Assembly: GCA_964187785.1 (NCBI GenBank)
Contig: OZ076409.1
Location: forward strand, 50,966,001 to 51,030,000
DNA from: Amphiscolops sp. MND2022
Lineage: Eukaryota
Direction of reading: 5' to 3'
DNA length: 64,000 bases
Positions within the stretch are counted from its first letter, which is position 1. Each line of letters begins with the position of its first letter. The position numbers and the translations under genes are program-made. Positions 22,065 through 30,702 of the stretch are shown one piece after another. The notes under the pieces were generated by a model, which saw nothing but the letters and a program-made list of their open reading frames with translations, was not told where the DNA came from and did not search any database.

Positions 22065-25000
22065 CTATTTAACAAGAATGGAGCAAAGTTGTAAATATTC
22101 TTCATCAGTTACATCAGAGTATTGGAATTTAAATTTATGAAGGAATTGTTGAGTGTCTGGTGAATATGGTAATGATGGAAGAGGTCGGGTTAAAATTTGA
22201 GAAGGTTGCAAATTGTTTATTTCAATTTGAGGGTTTCGAAGAGAAGAACGTCGGCGAGGAGGTTTGGGTTCAGAAAGATCAGGATAATATGAATGAAATA
22301 CAGTGTGTATTAAAGAGTTAACATCATTAACTTTGTAATGAGTTGGTTGAATATTAGTGGCTGGAACTTCAATGTATCCAATAGATCCAGGGGCAAGAAT
22401 GGCAGAATGATGTGTGATATTTTGAATAATCACAGAACAACTGGAATGTTCGGTATTAGTATTTTGATATACTTGGAGGAAATTAAAGGTGGAGTTGAAG
22501 CGTGTGTTAAAAAATGGATGGGGTGTGGAAGGAAATATAACTTCATTATCGGAAGTTTTAAATGTTAAAGGAAGTGTTGGTTGAATTGGAAAATGAATAA
22601 TTTGAGAAGCATTTGGTTTAAAATAAACTTTATTTTTAACATTGATGGTGTATATGTAAGAAAAATATGGATAATCTTTTTCTTTATGAGCCGTAAAAGG
22701 GAGAGTATTGACACGAGATTCATGTGGGGTATTGAATGTTAATGACATGCTTTCAATATTGAGGGTTTTAACATATTTTTCAAAGAAGGGAGTTCCAAGA
22801 ATATTATATTTAATATTTGCAACTGCAAAAGGAATAACAAGGGTACGAGTATTTCCTTGGAGGGAGGTATGAAGTGTAAGTATAAGATTATGGAGAATAG
22901 GTACTTCAGATTTATTGGCGACAGTTAAAGTTTTATATTCATTTTGAGATGGGGAGTGTTTTGAACATTTTAAAAAATGATCGGCTAAAATGGTGAAGGT
23001 GGGTAAATTTAAAACACAGATGGATGCTCCACTGTCAAGTAAGAATAATAGTTCTAATTTAGAGGGAATAGAGGTATCTTCCTTGGGTTTAAAAAGAAAT
23101 AAATTAACAAACCAAGTGGAAGGTGTGAGAGCATTAGCATGTTCAGTAGAAGGTGAAGAAGATTGGGGGAATGGAGGATTAGGGTGGTACATGTTTATTT
23201 CAAAATGAGTTTGTGAAGGGGAGTTGCTTTGAATGGGTGGTGTAGACGGATGTGTAAGATTTAAGGAAGGTTTATATTGAGATGGGGAGGGGTGATTTGA
23301 ATTTGAATGAGATCGGCTACGATAACGATCATGGCGTGGTTTAGAAGGAGGACGATAAGGAGAAGTGTATCTGTTAAAAGTAGAAGTATTAAAGTTGGAG
23401 CCACGTTCACGAGAACGGGGATAATATTTAGATGGACTACGAGAAGAATTGGAGTTATAATATGTTCGTGAAGAAGAATATGGTTTAGAATTTTGATGGT
23501 AATGTTTGTCATATCTAGATCTATCACGATTATGAGATGGGGAATATGTACGAGAGGATGTTTTATAGTTGTATCTAGAGCGTGAATGTGAACGTGAATT
23601 AGAACGAGAATGGTAGCGATTGTCGTAGCGATTGTCGCGAGAGGATTTGCGAGATTGATTACTATAACTTCGACTACGGTATCGAGGATAACGAGATTTA
23701 TTTGAAGGAGTTTTAAAATGTTGATAAAAGGTAGGAGTTGGAGATCGAGATTGTGGTTTTGATTCTTTGAGTAAATTAAGGCGACGAAAGCAAGTTGAGA
23801 CAGAGTGATTATTTTTATGGCAAAAAGAACAATATTTTTTAAATTGAGGTTTGGATTTATTGTTCGGATCAATGACTTGAACGTGTGGAGGTTCTGAAGG
23901 AGGATCTTGAATATTTGTATTTTGTTGAAAAGTGGTAGATAAATTGTTTATTTCAAGTGAAAGTTCTTGAGTTTTAATTTTTTCAAGAGTGATATCTTCG
24001 GAATCGACCATATTGACAAGAGAGTGAAAAGGAATTGACGGTTCTAAAGAACTGGAAACATGTTTAACTTGGCGTTTGTTGGCAAAGTCTTTTAGTTTTT
24101 TTGGGAGACCACGAGTGAAAATTTCATTGCATTTAAGGTTAATAGTGGACGGATATTCATTGTACCATCCTTGTTTAACAAGTGTTTCGACTTTAAGAGC
24201 AAAGTGACGGACATTTTCATTATCTTTTTTAACAAGGGAGAGAGCTTCAATTTGAGCATGGTATGCATGTTTTTGAGAATAAAATTGTTTCTTAAAAATT
24301 TGGAGGAAAGATGACCAATCATCTTTATAAACTTGGGGGAGGCGATCAAACCAATTAGAAGCAGTTCCTGTAAGGGAACAGTATAAGAGAGACATTCGAC
24401 GAGAATGCCAGGTTAAATATGAGTGAATATCAGTAGGTTGAGGACCAAGTTGAAATGTTACTCGAGCACTAAGATGTGCCAAAAATTTTTCAGGAGGATA
24501 AGTATGGTCAAGGCCATCAAATAGTTTAATGGGATCAGAAAGAGCGGCAAAAGGGACGGAAGGGGTTGTGGGAAAAGGAAGAGATGGCTGAAGAGAAGAG
24601 TTGAAAGGTATTGTTGAAGTGGACAGAGTAGGTTGAGGGGGGTTAGGAGGAGGTTGGTGAGAATTAGTGGGGAAATTTTGAAAAGCTGGATGAAGAGAAA
24701 CATAAGGATTATATGAAGTGGGTTGTGTATTAGAAGAAGAAGTTTGGGTAATAGAAGAGATTGGAGGATGTGGAGGAAAAGATTGATTATGAAGAGTATT
24801 ATTGAAAGAAAGAGGAATGGGGGGTAATGTGGGAATGGAGGAGGTAGAGAGTGAAACTGAGTTGGGGGGAACAGTAGGTGGAGTATTAGAAGGTGTGTTA
24901 TATTGATTCGGAGAGTTGGAAGGAGAGAGGTTTTCATTATTTAAGGTGACTTGAGAAGTAGAAGTAGGATTATGTTGATTGTTAAGAGAGATGGGATTTA

Positions 25001-25934
25001 TTAAAGCATTTGAAGATGAAGGAAGAGTTTGAATAGAGATGTTGGAAGTTGTATCAGTTGAGGGAGGTAGGTATGATTGTTGAGTATAAGGACGAATAGG
25101 AGAGGGAAGGTTAAGACTTTTATTAAGACTATTGGGGTCATAGGCAAGATATTGAAAATGAGAGGATGGGAAATCAAGGAGATTATAATACTGTTTGTGA
25201 TGGTTATCAGAATTAATAATAAAAGGTAAAAGTTCATCTGAAGAAAACTGTTGAGGAAAATTTATACATGCATCTTGGAACTTTGAGTGCCAAACGAGTT
25301 GGTAGTTGTGTCTAAAAATTTTTCGGAGGAAGAGAGAATAAATTTGAATTTGTTCTTTGGTTTTTGTATTGAGGGTAAGATTTTGAAAGAATTGATATTG
25401 AAAATGGTGAATTTGAAGAATATCAGTTGTGAGCCAATGATGAGGATTATTTTCAATAGTTCTAAATTGTTCAATATTAGAAAGATTGAAAAGGGATTCC
25501 TTTTGAAGAAGGTCCTGTATGGAAGAAGGATTAAAAACATGTTTGGTTAAAAGGTTATTGTTTTCTTGAAGATGATTGAGGAATGTGGTAAAGACTTTAG
25601 CGATAGGGATGTAAATATTATTAGGGTAGATGTTTTTACGAAATGTATCGGAGCGATTTTTGAGAGAAGTGAAGGGAATAGAAAATGGGGGTTCTTCAGA
25701 ATTTAGAACTAGAGAATGGGTTTCAATATAATATAAATATGAATCATGGTGTTCACGAATAAGAGGAGCTGTATATATATCTTCAGGGTAGGTTTCAAAA
25801 GAAAGAGGAGTGGTGGAATTGTAAATGAGATTGTTAAGAAATTGAGTGAGGGTTTGTGAAACATCACGGGTAATACGTTGAGTGGTATTGAAAACAAAGG
25901 GGAGAGGGATAAGAGGTTCAATTGGATCAGTCAT
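22065..25934 (-). CDS. gag: Gag-protease polyprotein of giant element, 1289 aa
   Basis: ~300-aa N-terminal extension, P/S/T/N linker, capsid-like FDG...LTGTASNWF...WSSFLQIFKKQF, CX2CX4HX4C knuckle (CSFCHKNNHSVSTC), RS-rich tract, LLDSGAS protease. Confidence 0.93.
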   Translation of the reverse strand: MTDPIEPLIPLPFVFNTTQRITRDVSQTLTQFLNNLIYNSTTPLSFETYPEDIYTAPLIREHHDSYLYYIETHSLVLNSEEPPFSIPFTSLKNRSDTFRKNIYPNNIYIPIAKVFTTFLNHLQENNNLLTKHVFNPSSIQDLLQKESLFNLSNIEQFRTIENNPHHWLTTDILQIHHFQYQFFQNLTLNTKTKEQIQIYSLFLRKIFRHNYQLVWHSKFQDACINFPQQFSSDELLPFIINSDNHHKQYYNLLDFPSSHFQYLAYDPNSLNKSLNLPSPIRPYTQQSYLPPSTDTTSNISIQTLPSSSNALINPISLNNQHNPTSTSQVTLNNENLSPSNSPNQYNTPSNTPPTVPPNSVSLSTSSIPTLPPIPLSFNNTLHNQSFPPHPPISSITQTSSSNTQPTSYNPYVSLHPAFQNFPTNSHQPPPNPPQPTLSTSTIPFNSSLQPSLPFPTTPSVPFAALSDPIKLFDGLDHTYPPEKFLAHLSARVTFQLGPQPTDIHSYLTWHSRRMSLLYCSLTGTASNWFDRLPQVYKDDWSSFLQIFKKQFYSQKHAYHAQIEALSLVKKDNENVRHFALKVETLVKQGWYNEYPSTINLKCNEIFTRGLPKKLKDFANKRQVKHVSSSLEPSIPFHSLVNMVDSEDITLEKIKTQELSLEINNLSTTFQQNTNIQDPPSEPPHVQVIDPNNKSKPQFKKYCSFCHKNNHSVSTCFRRLNLLKESKPQSRSPTPTFYQHFKTPSNKSRYPRYRSRSYSNQSRKSSRDNRYDNRYHSRSNSRSHSRSRYNYKTSSRTYSPSHNRDRSRYDKHYHQNSKPYSSSRTYYNSNSSRSPSKYYPRSRERGSNFNTSTFNRYTSPYRPPSKPRHDRYRSRSHSNSNHPSPSQYKPSLNLTHPSTPPIQSNSPSQTHFEINMYHPNPPFPQSSSPSTEHANALTPSTWFVNLFLFKPKEDTSIPSKLELLFLLDSGASICVLNLPTFTILADHFLKCSKHSPSQNEYKTLTVANKSEVPILHNLILTLHTSLQGNTRTLVIPFAVANIKYNILGTPFFEKYVKTLNIESMSLTFNTPHESRVNTLPFTAHKEKDYPYFSYIYTINVKNKVYFKPNASQIIHFPIQPTLPLTFKTSDNEVIFPSTPHPFFNTRFNSTFNFLQVYQNTNTEHSSCSVIIQNITHHSAILAPGSIGYIEVPATNIQPTHYKVNDVNSLIHTVFHSYYPDLSEPKPPRRRSSLRNPQIEINNLQPSQILTRPLPSLPYSPDTQQFLHKFKFQYSDVTDEEYLQLCSILVK

Positions 25935-26170
25935 TAGGAGTGTCTATGAGGAAAATAATGTAACCAAATCCAATCCATAATAATATCAGGGTGAATTGAC
26001 GGTTCAATTGGGAGAGGGAAGAAATACCGATGAATTATTTGGAAAAGGGCAAAATAAAATGAAGAGAGAAACGAATGAAAGTATGTGGGTATTATAATAA
26101 GAAAAAGGGAAATGAAGACAAGTTGAAAAAGAGCGATGAAGGGGTTATGGTGAAGAAAAAGGAGGTTCAT
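25934..26170 (-). CDS. Small hydrophobic leader ORF (78 aa) whose stop overlaps the gag start (TAATG)
   Basis: ATG-initiated with two hydrophobic stretches. The minus strand reads ...tcc TAA TG act. Confidence 0.4.
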   Translation of the reverse strand: MNLLFLHHNPFIALFQLVFISLFLIIIPTYFHSFLSSFYFALFQIIHRYFFPLPIEPSIHPDIIMDWIWLHYFPHRHS

Positions 26171-26679
26171 ATAAAGATGGAGGAGAAAAGAAGGAAAGTG
26201 ATAAAAGGAAAAAAAAGGAAATAAGGGGAAGTAGAAAGGGGAGAAGGGAGAAGGAGACAGAAAGTTAAGAAGAAGGGGAATTAGTGAAAAAGGGATGTAA
26301 CAATTTTTTCAATGAGGAGCATTAAAAAAACAAGCATTGCAAAAATGTAGGAAACGAAAAGGATGATAGTGGCGAGGTTTTCAGTGAGAAACATTAAAAA
26401 AGATTATGTTCGATATTGGTCAAAAACATGGGGAATGAAAGGAAGAATAAATTTGTCAAGAAGAAGAAGAACAATGGCACAGAGACCAAGAAAGTAAAAA
26501 AGTATTAGGCAAATACAAACAGAGTCATTGAGGGAAGGCATAAAAAGTTTTTGGAAAAGATGAAAATGGAGAGATGTTGAAAATAAGAAAGGAAATGATA
26601 TAAAATGAAAGGAGAAGGGTTGAAAAGGTGGAGCCGTTAGAGGCGAACTAAGATACAAGGAGTTAAGGGGAAAAGGAAA

Positions 26680-26980
26680 TGTACCAGCGAAAAGCTGAAT
26701 CACAAAGGTGATTAGTACAGAAGGCGAGATTGTACCAGCACGGAGCTGAATCACAAAAGGTGATTAGTACAGAAGGGGAGATTGTACCAGCACGGAGCTG
26801 AATGACAAAAGGTGATTAGTACAGAAAGAATAGTGTACCAGCAAAAAGCTGAATCACATGAAAGTGATTAGTACAGAAAGAAATGTACCGACTACTAGGT
26901 CGAACCACGGAAGGTGATTAGTACAGAAGACTTCAGATTTGTACCGACAATGAGTCGAATCACGTTGTGTGATTAGTACA
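26680..26980 (-). ncRNA. Array of six three-way-junction RNA modules in the 5' leader of the giant element
   Basis: Sense unit UGUAC-U-AAUCAC-loop-GUGAUU-CAGC-loop-GCUG-GUACA. CAGC/GCUG changes to CGAC/GUCG compensatorily. Loops and linkers vary. Confidence 0.75.
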
Positions 26981-27044
26981 GAAAGTTTGTTTGAAAGAAA
27001 AATGAGAAAAAGAAAAAAGTGTTTTAGGAAAAGGAAAGAAGTGA

Positions 27045-27057
27045 GCTGGTCGCACCA
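27045..27057 (-). promoter_or_regulatory. Primer binding site of giant element (tRNA not identified)
   Basis: The sense strand reads LTR ...GTACTTTA-AC-TGGTGCGACCAGC. Confidence 0.65.
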
Positions 27058-27059
27058 GT

Positions 27060-27406
27060 TAAAGTACTTGGTTGTGGTTGGTATTTTAGTTATATGAGGA
27101 ATTGAATCTTTTACTGATGTTACGATTAGTACTTTAAGAGACACTAATAGAGCTGCAGTTATTAGGTCTTAGAGGGAAGACAACTAATCGGTGAAGAGTC
27201 AATTCAAGTTGTGTTCTAAATGAAGGGTTATAGTATTGAATATAAATTAGTTACATCGATTTATGGTATTGAATATAAAGTGGTTACATCAATTATTTTA
27301 CATCTAGAATATAAATGGAGTACAATTATAATTTTACAGTCTAGACATACACGGGGCGGGGGGATAAATATAATTTATAGTATAGCATCAATCATGGTAT
27401 ATCATC
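27060..27406 (-). repeat. 5' LTR of giant element
   Basis: Direct repeat of 8593-8939, adjacent to the PBS. Confidence 0.96.
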
Positions 27407-28513
27407 GGTGGTACCAACCAAGTCCTGGCACAAATCAGAACAAACTTTTGGATCCCAGCCAGTCGTGGAAAAATCAGAAAATTCATTCTCAATTGTGTGA
27501 AGTGTAGCCGGTTTACAGCAAAAGCCAACATGCCCCTTATGGGTGACCTTCCCAAATCGCGCATAGACGTGCCAACAAAAGCCTTTCAAGATGTGGGAAG
27601 AGACTTTGGAGGTCCCTTTTTTTGTAAGGGAATTCATACAAAATCAATAAAGGCATACCTCGCTCTTTTCGTCTGCTTCGCTAGTCGCGCAGTGCACCTC
27701 GAAGCAGTTTCTGATTTAACAACACAAGCTTGTATCGCTGCTCTACGCCGTTTTACTGCCAGGCGAGGATGCTCAGCTATGATTTACACTGACAATGGAT
27801 CAAATTTCGCAGGTACAAAAACTGAAATTTAATCGTTACAGAATATTTTGAAAAATGAGCACGCAGACTCCTTTCAAGCCGAAGCTGCCAATTTGAACAT
27901 GAAATGGAATCTTATACCGCCACGTGCTCCTCATTTCGGAGGGCTTTGGGAGGCCTCAATTAAAAGTGCCAAATGCCATTTGAGGAGAGTTATGGGGAAC
28001 AATGTGCTCACTTTTGAGGAATTAACAACATTGTTTTGCCAAATCGAATGGGTCCTGAACTCAAGACCTATTGGCGTCCTGTCAGAAGATCCAAAGGATC
28101 CCAAGCATTTAACACCGGCACACCTTTGTTGTGGTGGAAACTTAGAAGCTTTCCCAATGAAAACATCTAGCGTACCAGATGATATCAAAAAATGTTCTCC
28201 ACAAAAACGTTGGATTTTTTTGCAAAATCTCATAGGTAGTTTTTGGAAGCGATGGACAAAAGAATACGTTTCCTCATTGCAAGAACGTGTAAAATGGAAA
28301 AGTGAAAACGAAAATTTAGGAATCGGTGATCTTGTATATTTGACCGATGATAATGTTGCTCCGCTCCAGTGGCCTCTCGGTCGTATAACGTATGTATATA
28401 GCGGACCCGACAAATTCGTAGGCGTTGTAAAAGTAAAAACTTCAAACGGTGTTTTTAACAGACCAGTAGCCAAACTACGGAAGCTTCCCTTACTGAATGA
28501 CAGTTTGGAGTAG
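27407..28513 (+). pseudogene. BEL integrase, 3' part
   Basis: GTNQVLAQIRTNFWI...CVKC, DFGGP, TDNGSNF, PHFGGLWE, FWKRWTKEY, WPLGRI. One internal stop at ~27830. Confidence 0.95.
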
Positions 28514-28625
28514 ATCTCAAACACGTTGGAGCATTGATACATTTTATGGAACTATTGCTGAGTGATCAACAGTTATTGAAGAATCTTCCTATTTGATTTA
28601 CTGGGCGAAATCAAGGCGGCCGGTA

Positions 28626-29197
28626 TGTTGGAAACGAAATTTTTGAAGCATGTCCCAGAGTAAAGAAACATCTTGAACGAAATTTTTAAACAAGAGTTTC
28701 AGTCAAAAGGAAGAAAGTTAGACCCGAAAATACCAAAAAGCATTTTGGAGCTACTATATATAAAACATTCTGCTGATATTCGTTAAATGATATAATTTTA
28801 CACTCTGTTTGATGCCCTATTTATTGAATAATACTCTTTGATTCATTAAAACTGCTACGCGTTGCTGGGCAGCCAATCAAATTCTTATGGTTGACTTCTT
28901 CATTGACAAGACATTGATTTTACGTTGAATCTCTCAAAAGTTTCACTGCAATTGTTTGTCAATATTTCCTTTGCTCAAGCCAAAGTGGCTTCTTGAACCA
29001 GAGAATTACAATAATTGGACAAGTCTTTTTATAATAATTGTTTTATCTCACAAATTGTGAGTGGTCCGTCGACAGAGAAGGTTCGTTAGCTCTAGAATAT
29101 CGATTTTTGAAGACATTGCTTGGTACATTACCGAGATTTGAAGGTTTGAAATTCAAACAAAAACTCTTTTTGAGCAATCCTAAAGAATCATTGTACA
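28626..29197 (+). repeat. BEL 3' LTR
   Basis: Copy of 2915-3486, preceded by purine-rich AAGGCGGCCGGTA and followed by TSD ATTCT. Confidence 0.97.
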
Positions 29198-29238
29198 ATT
29201 CTTTCGACGTTTTGAATTCTTTGAAATTTTTTGACGTT

Positions 29239-29682
29239 TGTTCAACTTCAACTTTCTCTGCCATTGATCTTTCAATTTTTTAAAAGTCACTGTTCTGCTC
29301 TGGTACACAAGAGACACGAATTTCGTTTCTATAAGAAATATCAGAAGATTTCAGAGAATTTGTACTAATCTTAACTGTTGGGGCAATTGAAGATTCGTTG
29401 TCCAGATGTCATGGGCTGTGGGGACGACAGTGTTTGTTCAGATACAGCTTTTTCTAGGGTAACTTTGAAAAAACTGATTGGAGAAGGTTAGTCAAGTTGC
29501 TCCAGTTGTGAAAATTATTTTCATTTTTAATCAGGTTGTGGAGTTTGTATAGTATGAAGAGAATCACCGGCATTTTGAATTCTACCTCAAAATTTTGACC
29601 CCAACATGGTACAAATTTACAACTAACTGCTAAGAAGTATCGCTTCCTAAAAAACTCAACGAATTTGAAATGATATCGTTTT
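29239..29682. other. Chimeric duplicate: LINE ORF1 fragment (like 1644-1866) joined to a copy of the LARS exon/intron junction (32599-32811)
   Basis: Direct sequence identity to both sources. The junction is in a shared TTGAAAA. Confidence 0.9.
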
Positions 29683-30352
29683 GATATATAGTTAAGTTTT
29701 CGACGCTCTGCATAGTCTCCAGCACAAATACCGGATTTGAAAGGATGTTCGTTTGGGTCAACACTTGTTCCTCTGAGGCTTTCAAATCTGTGATCAGGGA
29801 AGGGCAATCAATAATTGATGAACCAATTAATTGCAATAATTGACTTTCAATAATTGAATTGGCATTGTTTCCAAATGCAATTAATTGATTGGTACTTGAC
29901 AATAATTGCAATAATTGGAACCCAGTTTTAACTCGTTTTCAGGTAGTTTTGTCTAAAAAACTGCAAGATATTTGCATAAAATACTTTGAAAAAGCCTTGT
30001 GGTGCTTTTTGCTCTCCTCTCTAAGCTGTTTTTTGGAAACACCATCTCGAGGAGGTAAACGTCAGAGGTCATCTGTCAGTGCAATTATCAACAAGCGTAT
30101 TGAGATGTTGTCATTGAAAAAAGACCGAAACGCGACAGAAAAGCGAGTTAGATCGACGACTGCGTTCCATTTGCACAAAATTAGACGAAGGTAATGTTAA
30201 GGCCGGAATCAGAATGGCAGTAGGCGACAAGATTGCAGATTTCACGGTCGACAACTACGCTGCCCTCAAGCTGAAACATCCGCAAAGGAATTGAAGCAGC
30301 TCTAGCATTGTATGGGAAAGAGTGATCAAACGTCGTAGCTCTAATTGCGGAC

Positions 30353-30702
30353 GGGTGGGCGGAAATAGGTCGAAGGAACGTGATCGAAAATCAGAGTTAG
30401 TCCACAGGTCGACAATACCAAATTTTTGAATGGGATCGAAACAACTCGGTTCGAAATTTTTATAACGTAGTCAGATATGTTCACATACCCCTAGTGCCCT
30501 GAATGCAGGAGCGAAGCGAAGCGGAGCGACGTGCCATATGGCCATGCCTCAATGTTGCTACTTGGCGAAGGGAGCGAAGCGACCGAGCCATACAACAAAT
30601 ACGATAAAATTCGACCGCATTCCATTCGATCCCTGTAATTCTATCAAAAGGTTCGACCTCAGTCCTTTCGACCAGAAAAATTCGACCTATTTACAGCCAC
30701 CC
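30353..30702. mobile_element. Mutator-like MITE nested in the hAT
   Basis: Imperfect TIRs GGGTGG..G.AAATAGGTCGAA and a 9-bp TSD ATTGCGGAC (30344-30352 / 30703-30711). Confidence 0.85.
30462..30600 (+). repeat. GCGAAGC-motif dispersed repeat, copy 2
   Basis: Similar to 2757-2879 and 52128-52240. Confidence 0.8.

Larger units (their letters stand above)
8593..27406 (-). mobile_element. Giant (18.8 kb) env-encoding Ty3/gypsy-type LTR retroelement / endogenous retrovirus-like element with accessory ORFs
   Basis: Near-identical ~346-bp direct terminal repeats, a PBS-like TGG site, PR-RT-RH-IN order, an env-like ORF and extra ORFs. Excising it rejoins the BEL integrase as HEKTLHGGTNQVLAQIR. Confidence 0.95.
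2915..29197 (+). mobile_element. BEL/Pao LTR retrotransposon, full-length but decayed, interrupted by an 18.8-kb nested element
   Basis: 572-bp TG...CA LTRs at 2915-3486 and 28626-29197. 5-bp TSD ATTCT (2910-2914 / 29198-29202). BEL-type gag, PR, RT, RH, IN and C-terminal FWKRW motifs. Confidence 0.97.

Noticed and set aside
22065..22067. Programmed gag-pol readthrough at the TAG
   Set aside because: The stop lies after the protease, inside the RT N-terminal helix where Tyr is expected, and lacks CARYYA context. A nonsense mutation is more likely. Sibling copies would settle it.
26680..26980. CRISPR array or hammerhead ribozyme array
   Set aside because: Eukaryotic retroelement context, variable parts only 4-14 nt, no cas genes, and no unpaired CUGANGA/GAAA core on the sense strand.
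30030..30290. Fragment of another non-LTR element inside the hAT (…YAALKLKHP…)
   Set aside because: Too short and degraded to support a call.
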